The notes under the pieces were generated by a model. The model was not told where the DNA came from. It did not search any database and saw nothing but the letters and a program-made list of their open reading frames with translations. A DNA stretch of 64,000 nt from Histomonas meleagridis 2922-C6/04-290x (lineage: Eukaryota; Protista; Parabasalia): positions 62,001 to 126,000 of the forward strand of contig JAANOX010000267.1 of NCBI GenBank assembly GCA_020184695.1, in the 5' to 3' direction. Position numbers and translations under genes: made by a program. Below, piece after piece: positions 11,330 through 21,800 of the stretch (its first letter is position 1; each line of letters begins with the position of its first letter).

Positions 11330-12520
11330 AATTATGGCTATTGATTATAGACAGTTGATATTGGTGTTAACAATTGGAAGCTTTGCTTTTAGTGGTTGTA
11401 TTTCTTTATAATCAGTTGACATTCAAATAATTTAACTATTATTAATAGTAGTGATAGGTTTTATCAGTGCAATTAATTGTTAAATATAAATGTTTTTAAT
11501 GCACTTACTGAGATTATGTATTTTGTTACTGTTCCGAATTAAAATCATTTAATATTGGTGATAATGTTAAATCAATTGGAGTTTCAGTAATTTATCATTT
11601 TCCAATCTTTCAATATATAAGAATATCAAATGATAATAATTATCATACAAATTATAATGATGCTGGAGTTCTATATGCTAAAAATTTAACAATACTTATT
11701 TGTTATCCAGCAAGTGCTTCAAATACAATATATAATATGCTAAATTCTGTTTTCGAAATTAAGGATCATGCATTTTATTATGATTCTTCATTAGAAATAG
11801 ATAATTTTGAAGATAATGTTTCTATTATTGATGATTCAGCATTTTCATGGTGTGCTTCTATACAAAATATTGTGTTCCCTAATACAATGACTTAGATTGG
11901 AGATAATGTATTGAATCATGTGATAAATTAGAAACAGTTTATATTGGTGAAATGTTAATTAGATTGGATATTCATTTTATACATGTTCAATTCTTAAATC
12001 ACTTGCAATATCTCAAAAAAATATTATCTATTCTAATCTTGATGATTGAATTATTTATATCAAAAAAATTGACAATAATTGTTTTGTTCAACAAAAAGTA
12101 TAAATGCAACATTTGATATTAGTGGTTCAATTATCATTATTGGAAATTATGCATTTTATCAATGTTCTACATTAGAATCAGTTAACATTATCGGTAATAT
12201 TAATTCAATAGGAAATTCTTCATTATATGGCTGTTCTTCATTACATAATATTGACATTCCACATTAGGTTCCTGTTATTGTAAATAATTCTTATCAAGGT
12301 GCAAAATTTGGACCACTTCGAAATACAAATGAAACAGAATGCACACCACCGCAATCAAGTAGTGATGAGGGAAGAAAAATTAGCGTTGATACTATTGTGC
12401 TTATTGTATCCATTGTATAATTGTATTGATAGTTGTTGCTTGTTTGCTTGTGTTTTGTACTGTACGGACAAAAAGGGAAGAAACTAAGAAGCGAACGTAT
12501 TATCTTGGAAAAGATTAAAT
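11330..12520 (+). pseudogene. Degraded BspA-like LRR surface protein
   Basis: Fragments such as IGNYAFYQCSTLESV and IGNSSLYGCSSL, a GVLYAK..LICYPAS segment and a TM remnant, all broken by many stops and frameshifts. Confidence 0.75.
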
Positions 12521-12523
12521 AAC

Positions 12524-12784
12524 TTAACGAATTTCATTATCTTTGTTGATATACATTTGCATTTGAAACATTTTTTTTTTGAAAGGAATTCCTTTTTGTT
12601 TCATTAAAAATCCAATTATATCATTTTTATGATATTCGCGTGCAAAACCTAGTTCTGCATTGATCTTGTTATCTTCTTCATCATCTATATCAATTCCTTT
12701 TTGTTCAATTAGAAATTTAGTAACGCTTAAATGTCCATTTGATATCAAAAATTTTATAAAAATATTATACGAATTCCAAATCAT
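12524..12784 (-). pseudogene. Ankyrin-repeat fragment
   Basis: NGHLSVTKFLIEQKGIDID and DIIGFLMKQKGI resemble the EQEGIDINAKD repeats at 37.7-39.3 kb. Confidence 0.55.
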
Positions 12785-12923
12785 ATTTCGAAAAAACGAT
12801 TTAAAAATTTAACACTAAAACAACTAATCAATGTTCAGTGATTAACTCTAAATTTAATGAAATTTCTTGAATCAAGTTATTTACATTACTTATTCTTCCA
12901 TACTCAAATTTGATCAATCAGAA

Positions 12924-12993
12924 TGCATGCACCACTTCAGGCCTCCGCTCCTGAGCTCTTCGGCCGTTCATATCCCCTGAAGTGGTGCATGCA
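12924..12993. repeat. 70-bp element with perfect 18-bp inverted termini, flanked by GAA direct repeats
   Basis: TGCATGCACCACTTCAGG (12924-12941) and CCTGAAGTGGTGCATGCA (12976-12993), with GAA on both outer sides. Confidence 0.85.
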
Positions 12994-13115
12994 GAACGAC
13001 AATTAAATATTGGATGCCGCACAGCAGACACATATTACACGTGTCGCTCTAAAATAAGTATTGAATCAAAGAGCACAAGCAAAACAATATAAAAGTTGTT
13101 GTAAATCAATCTAAT

Positions 13116-14651
13116 TTACTTTGGCATTTTGTATTCGAGGTGCATGTGGTTGATTGGCTGCAGGCCTCTGCAAGCTCTAAGGATGTTTTCGATGCAGGCT
13201 CTTTGTTGGAATAATGAGTTAATGACTGGTGTACCAGGCGGCACTTGTGGGGCCTTTAACAAGAACGAAAGTATTGACATGACGCTGTGGAAATGTTCGA
13301 AGTCTTTCATTGTTTCATCTTTGATGTAAATTCTTGTGCACAATTCCATTAACACGACGAGATCTAACATTAATGGTGCTGCAAGTAATGAGTCTTCGCA
13401 TGTGTTATGTGTTGAAATTATGTTTTCGCCACCGCAGAAGATCTTTGAGTCATACTCATCGAGAGCACGTTTAGAGTCGCCGACACTTTTTACGTATTTG
13501 ATGACAACGATGTGGTCTGGATGTTCTCCTGGCGCATATAAGATTGGGTTAAGTGTAACCATATCATCAATGACAGATGCCTTTGATATTTGTTTGGATT
13601 TGAAGCATGCTTCAAATGATAAGTTAAGTCCATCATTATTACCTAAATGGTTATATGAAGTAACTGCTGTAAGCTTAATACCAGATGAGATTAAGAAATC
13701 AGAGACAACAGTCTTAAACTTGGTTTGACCAGTCTTGAAATCATCGCCCATGATAATTGCCTTCTTTTGAACGGCATATTGGATAAGACCTGGTACAAAT
13801 GTGTTTTGTGGTGACCCATTAATATATGGAAAGCCTTCTTCAATGGCTGCTAACGCATATAATGTCGAAGGTGATATTTCGGGGTGCCCCTCGGCAACCG
13901 CCTTCAAAAGATTTTCTGCAGTGTCATGAACACCGGGTGTAATCTCTGAGTAACGCTCAGTGTTAGCGGACCAAAGGATGATGACTTGTTCAAGCTTGTT
14001 TTGTTCCTTGAAATCACGCATTTGCTTACGAAGTTGTTCAAGAACTTCTTGTTTGGTACCTTTTAAGGTGTTATTAGCACGTTCTTTTTGATTTGGAGCA
14101 ACAAAGGAAAGATCAAAGGCAGCTGGAAGTGGTTTCATTGCTTTTAATTCATCTTCAATTTGATGAATAAGACCTGGCTCCATAACATGGGCACGCTTGA
14201 CAGCAGCAAGCATATCAGCATCACTGATATCCCATCCTGAAATGACCAAATCATTGGGTGAAACCATTGGAAGAAGATCTTTGAATGCAGCAACAACTTG
14301 TTTGCCATTTTGATCATCACCTAAGTAGGTTGTGGAGCATTGTGTTAATGATCCATAGTAGTTAGCTGATTGAACACCACGTTTTGTTTCCCAAGATAAT
14401 TTATGTTTGTTAGCTAAAACACCAGCAGTTAATGTGGTACCATTGTTACCACCAAGACCGACAATCATGACACCAGTTTTTGGAACCTTGGTGATTGTCT
14501 TGAACTGGAATTTCTTGGTGATTGGTTCAACAACAGCTTTACCATCAGCTGTTGTGGTAACCTTTTGAGTTTGATAGTCGTAGTTAGAGATCATAGTATC
14601 ACCCTCCTGTGATACATTGGGCGTTTGGACTGAGAAGCCTGACGCAAGCAT
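13116..14651 (-). CDS. INO1: myo-inositol-1-phosphate synthase
   Basis: GVMIVGLGGNNGTT, SGWDIS, LWSANTER, NGSPQNTFVPG, GDDFKTGQTKFK, SYNHLGNNDG and CEDSLLAAPL. Confidence 0.98.
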   Translation of the reverse strand: MLASGFSVQTPNVSQEGDTMISNYDYQTQKVTTTADGKAVVEPITKKFQFKTITKVPKTGVMIVGLGGNNGTTLTAGVLANKHKLSWETKRGVQSANYYGSLTQCSTTYLGDDQNGKQVVAAFKDLLPMVSPNDLVISGWDISDADMLAAVKRAHVMEPGLIHQIEDELKAMKPLPAAFDLSFVAPNQKERANNTLKGTKQEVLEQLRKQMRDFKEQNKLEQVIILWSANTERYSEITPGVHDTAENLLKAVAEGHPEISPSTLYALAAIEEGFPYINGSPQNTFVPGLIQYAVQKKAIIMGDDFKTGQTKFKTVVSDFLISSGIKLTAVTSYNHLGNNDGLNLSFEACFKSKQISKASVIDDMVTLNPILYAPGEHPDHIVVIKYVKSVGDSKRALDEYDSKIFCGGENIISTHNTCEDSLLAAPLMLDLVVLMELCTRIYIKDETMKDFEHFHSVMSILSFLLKAPQVPPGTPVINSLFQQRACIENILRACRGLQPINHMHLEYKMPK

Positions 14652-14955
14652 TAAGTGGTCGTATAACCGTCATGAATTGAAAAATTGAGAGTATAAACGG
14701 CCAGCCAATTCGAGAAGGGGTTGAATATGTTATTCAAAAAGTAAATGAGGTTATAAATTGAATGCATTATAATCGTTTCACACTGAACGATCTAAAATTA
14801 GTGAGAAAAAAATCATCGATGATTGACTATGTAAAACTAACGAATTATTCTCTCGTTAATCTGTGGAAAGCCAAACAACTTATTTCCAAATGAATCATAA
14901 AGGATTATTTGTTTTGTTTTATGCAAAATAATATGATATCAAAGGTTTAAAAATT

Positions 14956-16146
14956 TTAATTCCTTTCATCATCTTTCTGGATTAATGGTGTATCGTCAAC
15001 TACCTTTTGCTCAAGCTCATCTGGATAAGTGAAAATTGGAATTCTTATAATCTTATTGTATAAGAGCATTCCGGTGAACAACAAGAAGAAACCAGCGAGT
15101 TGCATGAAACTGAAGACTGTCCATTCTTCTCCAAGGTCTGGATTACCTGTAGAATAGAAGAGAATGAGTTCAACAACCCAAATACAAAGTGTTCTGAGAC
15201 CTTCGAGAATCGTTCTAATAACAGCAGAGGTGATGTTAGTGACGTACATACCGGTAACGTTGTAGAAGAGAATGACCAAGATATAAAGTATGACAAATAC
15301 AATTAATACTGGTGAATTACCAATCATCTTAAATGAGTCAATAGTATCTTCGTGAACACCATTGCCTTCATCTTTGATTCCACCAGTGAAACTGATGATT
15401 GGAAGAAAGACACATCCAGTAATAATTGTTCCCCACATACCTTCAAGACCAACAATAAGAACAGGAGAAGCAGTAAGATCGTGCATAAGGAAGTCTTCGA
15501 CAACAATTTGGGAGGCTTGAATTAATTGTGATCCTACTGTTAAGCAAATTGCAAGAACAACTTGACCAGTTGTAACACCTGCTTTACCAACACCAGTAGA
15601 TGAAACAGCTGCAACACCAACAATTGTGAGAGCAATGATGATCAAAACAACACTCCACCACATATATGAATAATGAGGACGCTTGAGAATAAAGGCACAG
15701 AATATGGAAGAGAAAAGAACCATAGAACCACGAAGCATTTGCCAAACTGATGCTTGGATGTAAAGAAGACCAATATTCATAAGTGCTGTGGCTAAAAGAT
15801 CACAACAAGCAGGAGCTGCGACAACAAAGTAAAGTTTCTTGTGTGAAGCTTTTTCAGCTTTCTCTGTTTCTTCTTGATCGACTGATTGAAGAGATTGTTC
15901 AACACCTTTCTTTTTTTGTAAACATCGCTGAATTTCATATACAATTAAAGCACTAAACATACCAACAAACATAGAACCAGTTTGGAACCATGGTTTCTTG
16001 AATTTACGTGGATCACCTCCGTATTTGGCATCTCCAACTGCTTCTTGCTCAAAGAGGAACTTCTGAATAACAACGGTGCAAGTGCCAAATAAAAGCATTC
16101 CACCAATTATGATGAATTTTTTGATGAAAGGAACTTCTTGAGCCAT
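14956..16146 (-). CDS. SLC35F6-like nucleotide-sugar/drug-metabolite transporter
   Basis: F.KPWFQT..MF.GM, PACCDL.AT.L...GLLY..ASVWQMLRGS..LFS, GLEGMWG and R.ILE.LRT.CIW. Confidence 0.85.
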   Translation of the reverse strand: MAQEVPFIKKFIIIGGMLLFGTCTVVIQKFLFEQEAVGDAKYGGDPRKFKKPWFQTGSMFVGMFSALIVYEIQRCLQKKKGVEQSLQSVDQEETEKAEKASHKKLYFVVAAPACCDLLATALMNIGLLYIQASVWQMLRGSMVLFSSIFCAFILKRPHYSYMWWSVVLIIIALTIVGVAAVSSTGVGKAGVTTGQVVLAICLTVGSQLIQASQIVVEDFLMHDLTASPVLIVGLEGMWGTIITGCVFLPIISFTGGIKDEGNGVHEDTIDSFKMIGNSPVLIVFVILYILVILFYNVTGMYVTNITSAVIRTILEGLRTLCIWVVELILFYSTGNPDLGEEWTVFSFMQLAGFFLLFTGMLLYNKIIRIPIFTYPDELEQKVVDDTPLIQKDDERN

Positions 16147-16380
16147 CGGAATGACACTTTTACGGAAACAATGATATTTCAATTTTCTATTGTTTTAAAA
16201 CCGACAATGCCATTGAAAACAAAAACGATAGGGACACTTTTATAGAAAGCATACAAATTCTAAAACGATAAGAAGCCTCTTTCACGTAAACGATGAGATT
16301 TGGTTATGCAACAAAGATAATAAAAAATTTTTTCATATATGAAATAAAGATTTTGTTTACTAATAAATATGTTTGTTAAT

Positions 16381-16800
16381 TTATTTGTTATCAGGATGTT
16401 GATCTAAAAGAATAAAAAATTGATCTCGTATAGTTGCCCAATTATCATCAAACCACTGAATTAGATCAGTTTTCTTTTTGGTTGTTTTTGGATCAAATGG
16501 AAGGTCATGTTTCTTTGACAAGAACATTGCAATATCACGATAAACAACAGATGTCGGGCGAATTGGTTTATTGTTCTTTTTTAACATGAGTAAATGATCT
16601 TCAATTTCTTTTTGTGCTCGTAATTTGTTAGGACTTCCTGGAAATATTGGCTGGCTGGGATCAATTTGATATATCAAGTCGCATAATCGTTGAGTTGCAA
16701 TAGGTACCAAGCTTTGGCAACCTTGACAAAGTTGTATGATTTCTGCTAATAATTCAATTGAGTTTTGTGTTGGGCTTGTTGGTTGTGATATTTCTTCCAT
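16381..16800 (-). CDS. Small hypothetical protein with a parabasalid-type C-terminal K..LIQWFD.NW motif
   Basis: 139-aa ORF ending ...TTKKKTDLIQWFDDNWATI; function unknown. Confidence 0.6.
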   Translation of the reverse strand: MEEISQPTSPTQNSIELLAEIIQLCQGCQSLVPIATQRLCDLIYQIDPSQPIFPGSPNKLRAQKEIEDHLLMLKKNNKPIRPTSVVYRDIAMFLSKKHDLPFDPKTTKKKTDLIQWFDDNWATIRDQFFILLDQHPDNK

Positions 16801-17111
16801 AATGGCGCCAAAATTTCATATCAAATGTCTTATAAATTATCTAATGAATGAAATAATTTTTATTAACAATTTTTTTAATAAATTTCGTGAAAAATCCACT
16901 TACTTCGAAATACATTTATTTAATGATCCAATCGATTGTAATTCAAACATCACAATATCAAAAATGTATTAATACATTTTACTAAACACAGATTTATTAT
17001 GAAGATTTATCATGAAATCAAATGTGTAATAGAGAGAAAATTTATTAAACGCTCAATTATATTATTAAAAAAAATCAAACAAATAAAGATATTTCATAAC
17101 AAAAATATCTC

Positions 17112-18263
17112 TTAGTCAGCTGAATCAGGATTATCATTTTTTGCATTTTTCTTTTTTGAGTTTTCTTCTTCTTCTTCCGTATCTTCTGACAAGTATTTAA
17201 AGTATGCTTTATCTTCTGCATTATCTTCTTCCTCTTCTTTATCTTCATTTGATTCTATTGTTTCATTTGTTTCATTTTCATTAACTTTTTTCTCTGGATT
17301 TATATCTTTTTTATCAAGGAAGTTCAAGACCATAGCGATTACAATTAACCCCATTGACACTCCATGGTTTACTGTGAACTTCTTATTTTGGAAAAGAAGA
17401 TATGAAATGATAACCGTAAACCCTTTTCGAAGTGAAGTGACCATAACCGTCGTAACCGAACCGAAAACTGACATCAAAAGATAAACAAATTCAACGCCAA
17501 CAGCTCCTAACAGAGAAAACATCAGCATTGGAACAACGACCTTTGGGTTTTCTTTACATTGATTAAATCCTTTTTCAAACTCGCCAAGGAATAAAGCAAT
17601 GATTGCAAGATATAATGCACCTGTTAAATATACCATTGATATTACCTCTCGTTGAGGGGCTTTATACTCTTTCAATGCTTTCTCTTGGAAGTTTGAACAA
17701 AAGGCATCAAGACATAAAGAAATAATACTGGCTAATATTCCTTTAAAATCGTATTGATTTTTGACTTTTTTGTCACTTAGTGATACGCCAATGAGACCAA
17801 CTGTAAGCAAAACAGCAGCACTAATTTTTGTCCAAGAATATCGCTTTTTTAAAAATATGACACCGCCAATCATCACTGGAATGACTTTGGATGATCTAAA
17901 AACAACTTGTGTTGGATAACTTAATTTTGAAGAAGAGTAATTTGCAAGAGTCATTGACCCACAGAGAAATGCGCTAATTATTGCATAAAATCCAATGTTA
18001 CACGTCAATTTCACCTTTCCTCGTATTAACGATATTACGAATGAGACAGAAATAAGTGAGTAACATACAAATTGGAAAAAGGTAACAAAAAAAATTTGTT
18101 TCATTCCATAAATCGACATTAGTTTTTCTTGTGCTGTGCCTTGTAAAAGAAATGATGTAAAAATACCGCAAACGCCAACGAAAAGGATAAGTTGTCTTGG
18201 CCAATTAGTAACGTTGATTCCAAAGAGAAAATGTTCTTTCTCCATTTTATTAATAAAATTCAT
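17112..18263 (-). CDS. UAA-family (SLC35B3/PAPST2-like) transporter
   Basis: LSYPTQVVFRSSKVIPVMIGGV, G......SL.LDAFCSNFQEK and TVMVTSLRK. Confidence 0.88.
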   Translation of the reverse strand: MNFINKMEKEHFLFGINVTNWPRQLILFVGVCGIFTSFLLQGTAQEKLMSIYGMKQIFFVTFFQFVCYSLISVSFVISLIRGKVKLTCNIGFYAIISAFLCGSMTLANYSSSKLSYPTQVVFRSSKVIPVMIGGVIFLKKRYSWTKISAAVLLTVGLIGVSLSDKKVKNQYDFKGILASIISLCLDAFCSNFQEKALKEYKAPQREVISMVYLTGALYLAIIALFLGEFEKGFNQCKENPKVVVPMLMFSLLGAVGVEFVYLLMSVFGSVTTVMVTSLRKGFTVIISYLLFQNKKFTVNHGVSMGLIVIAMVLNFLDKKDINPEKKVNENETNETIESNEDKEEEEDNAEDKAYFKYLSEDTEEEEENSKKKNAKNDNPDSAD

Positions 18264-18657
18264 ACCAACCAAACAAACTTAGTTAAATTTGAATTAAAAA
18301 ACGGTCGACCTTAACTGGAACCAAAATTTCGCCAAATTAATTAAAAATAATGTTAATACATTTATATTGTTTTTATTTTTATCTTGATTTTATAATTTAC
18401 ATATATAATTATGTAGGGTTAATTGTATAATTAAAATCATTAAAAATGAGATACATCGAAACGTTGCTATTAAGCTTTGATAGAAAATGTATGTCAAAAG
18501 AAAGTTTTTCTCATATGATAAAATAAAATACTAATGTACCACAACATTTAAATGGTTTGAAACTATTTTAAAGCACAATGAAGGAAATATTAATACTACA
18601 CTTTTTATTAAAAACCGTTTATTTTCCACCAGGGTTTGACGGTTATGTTGCTTTTTT

Positions 18658-19097
18658 ATGTTCATTCCTGCTGACATCCGCAGGAAGATCCTTCACTACT
18701 TCTTTAAAAATGGTGTAATCGTTGTTTCAGCTAATAACGCTGGGGTACACGAAGAGCTTAATGTTCTTAATATCTATGTTTTCCAAATTGGTCGTTCATT
18801 TGTTAATCGAGGATTTGCCAAAAAGCAATATGTATGGAATCACGCTTATTACGTATTAAATGAAAAAGGTGTTCGATATCTTCAAGACTACTTTGGTCTC
18901 TCACCAGAAACTATACCATTAATACTAAAAAGCTGTAGAGTATACCTACTTAGACCCAAGCGTCCTCGTCCTCCTTGTAAAAAGCGGTATAGTGGTTTCA
19001 TCCGCCCAGGACGTGGCAATTTCTGTGGCCATAAATCAGAAAACATACCGTAGAAAGCACTGAGGGAATACCTGCAGAAAATGACCCAAAAGAGTAA
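18658..19097 (+). pseudogene. RPS10: 40S ribosomal protein eS10, apparently frameshifted copy
   Basis: KQYVWNHAYY.L..KGV.YL..Y.GL motif. The frame stops at 19053, while a natural-looking tail (TVESTEGIPAENDPKE*) continues in another frame to 19097. Confidence 0.7.
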
Positions 19098-19837
19098 GTC
19101 ATTTTAGTTTTCACGGTCAACCAAAAATCGATTTGATGTTTTTGATCATCTATTTAAAAAAAATTTAAGTTTAGCTAAACATAAAAAGTATTTTAATTCT
19201 TTTTGTTCATAAAAACAATAAATCGCATAAATGCCTTAGCAAATTATCCTTTTGTGTTGGAAAGTCACGGTGAGGTCACTTCACAGTTGACCGTTTTCAT
19301 ATCACAAAAGTTTGGTCGTTTTCTGAAGGAATGATGCGCTTTGAAGAATAATGTGAGATTATCATTTATAGTTAATATCAACATTTATAATTCGAGTTCC
19401 ATAATTCCCTATTTTAGTTATTATTTATATTAAAAAATAAGACAATATTATAAATAAATTGATGAGAAAAATGAGGATTAATTTTCATCACAAAAAGCAG
19501 TACACAAAAATTGAATTTGAAAGAGTCAAAACAAAATTGAATTCAACTACTGGTGATCGCTTGCAATTTTCACACAATTATCGCTTATTGAAGTTTTTTC
19601 ATATAGCAAAACCCTTACGCAGTTATTAAAGGCAACCATTTATATGCCAACTCTTTGTCTTAAAAACGAACCTTAAAAAAATATATAATTCTTTATTATT
19701 TTCATGATACATGCATTTCTTTTTCTTCGTTACTTGAAAAGAGGTTTAATTGAATTTTGGATAGGGGCTTATCAAAACGAGCTTTTCTGAGCTTTTTCAA
19801 TCAATTCAAATTTCAATAGATAGGAACACTGCTAATC

Positions 19838-21196
19838 ATGGAAGATTCCAAGCATTTCAGCTCAGATGCAGTATCTGACGACGGAAATCCAATTGCGATC
19901 TCCGACGGCGATGAAAGATCTATGTCAAAGCAAAGCATTGACACTGAAAATGTTCAAAAACTTGAAGATGAAGAAGAAGAAATCGAAGACACACCTAAAA
20001 AACGTATCACCCGTTTTCAAGCTATTATGAGTTGCTTGAACTCACTTTTGGGTGCCGGTATTTTAAGTATTCCAAACTCATTCACATATTGTGGTATTGT
20101 CCCTTCACTCATCATTCTTACCTTAGTTGCTGTTCTTTCTCATGTTTCCACCGTTCTTACAGTTAAGCTTCAGCGTCGTGTTAATTCTGATGGTCTTGAT
20201 GATCTTGCTTTCAAGACACTTGGCAGAGCCGGCCAGCTTGCCATTTCTATTCTTTCCATGCTTTTCCTTATTTCTGCTATGGTTGCCTATTTGATCATTT
20301 CATCAGATAATGTTATTTCATGGCTTTCCCTTGCTAACATTAAAATTGATGTTCTCTGGAAGCGTGTTATCCTTGTTTTGATCAACTCTCTTATTCTTCC
20401 AATTGCATTAACAATTCCAAGAACCGGAGCTACCATCATTGGCAAACTTTCTGTTGTTTCCTTTGTTCTTATTCTCTTCTTCTGTGTTGCCATGGTCGTC
20501 AAAGCCATCCAAAAACTTCCAAATGAAGGAGTTGCTGATATATCAATTGCCAAGATGGACTTTGGTGTTTTCTCATCCATATCAATTTACGGCCTTGCCT
20601 TTGCACTTCCAGTTGTTATCTTACCACTTATCAATCCATATAATACTGATATCCATAAGCGTGAAGTTGTCAGTTTATGGTCCATTATCCTCTGTTATGT
20701 TGTCGTTATCATTCCAGGTATCCTTGGGTATCTTATGTTTGGAAGTAAGACCGAATCAATTATTTTATCATCATTTCCTGATAACGATGTCCTTATCATT
20801 ATAGTTCGTGTAGGCTTCTACATTGTCGTTATTCTTAGTTATCCATCAATTGGTCTAAGTTTAATGAGCTCATGGAGTCAGATCATATTTAAGACTGTCA
20901 AGCAAGCTGAGCTTCCAGCGTTAAAGAGAGCATTAGTTCTCGTCTTAACTAACATTATTCCATTAGCTTTCGCTGTGTTTTTGCCAAATGCAAGACCAGC
21001 ACTGTCCATTGGCGGTGCACTTGGTGGGTGCTTAGTCGACTTCTTCTTCCCACCGTTCATCTGGATTAGGATTTCGAAGAAGAAATTCTTAAGTGTCCAA
21101 AACATTTTGTGCGCAATCTTCGCACTTTTCGGCGTCGTATCGGCCGGTATTTCAACGTATCAGGCTATTGAGGATGCAATCAAGTCTTTTTCATAG
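19838..21196 (+). CDS. Amino acid transporter (AAAP/SLC38-like)
   Basis: NSLLGAGILSIP.SF..CG motif, about 11 TM segments and IGGALGG. Confidence 0.92.
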   Translation: MEDSKHFSSDAVSDDGNPIAISDGDERSMSKQSIDTENVQKLEDEEEEIEDTPKKRITRFQAIMSCLNSLLGAGILSIPNSFTYCGIVPSLIILTLVAVLSHVSTVLTVKLQRRVNSDGLDDLAFKTLGRAGQLAISILSMLFLISAMVAYLIISSDNVISWLSLANIKIDVLWKRVILVLINSLILPIALTIPRTGATIIGKLSVVSFVLILFFCVAMVVKAIQKLPNEGVADISIAKMDFGVFSSISIYGLAFALPVVILPLINPYNTDIHKREVVSLWSIILCYVVVIIPGILGYLMFGSKTESIILSSFPDNDVLIIIVRVGFYIVVILSYPSIGLSLMSSWSQIIFKTVKQAELPALKRALVLVLTNIIPLAFAVFLPNARPALSIGGALGGCLVDFFFPPFIWIRISKKKFLSVQNILCAIFALFGVVSAGISTYQAIEDAIKSFS

Positions 21197-21800
21197 AAAA
21201 GATATTTGAGAAGAAGAATAAAGTTTTAAAATTTTCTTTTCTTTTAATCATTTTCATTATGTTTGAGATTTTTATTATAAAAAACTTTCGGAGTTTGAGA
21301 GATGAAATAAAAAATCGAAACAAAAGAATTTTATTGCTAAACGGAATTCGTCGGTGATGCGTTCGCTTGGACAAAGTCTTCTGGATGAAATGCTCTCAAA
21401 AAGTATTTGAGAAGAATTGAAATTTGGCATTTTTTTATGACGATTTAATACTGTTCAAAAGTTGCTATGAAACGTTTGGTTGTAAATACGATCAAGTGGC
21501 AGATGTCAGGAATAAATTATGCACAATCCTGTCAGCGGCAATGTCTCAACTGCCTGAGTCAAGAGGCCACCCCAAAAAGTAGACCACCCCATAATTACAG
21601 CTTTTGGTGTTTGGTTATGACTTGATCCCTCCTGTTTAAGCATCTTTGAAATATAATTTAATATAAATTATGCAATTGCTGAATTTATTGAATATTAAAC
21701 AAAAAAAGATTTTAATTTCTAAAAAACAAATGATTTCATTTTATTAATCATTTTTATGGAAGGTATTACGTGAATGCTATAACGTTTAATGAAACTAACT

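Noticed and set aside
13336-13728. Antisense or overlapping short ORFs here and throughout the track (e.g. 20439, 27341, 34217, 54021)
   Set aside because: They overlap well-supported genes and have no recognisable motifs.
14630-14651. INO1 N-terminus MLASGF as a hydrogenosomal presequence
   Set aside because: It aligns with the normal MIPS N-terminus (...F.V..PNV), so there is no extension.
21340-21640. GC-richer intergenic patch as a possible snoRNA or other ncRNA
   Set aside because: No convincing C/D or H/ACA architecture or stable stems could be established by eye.
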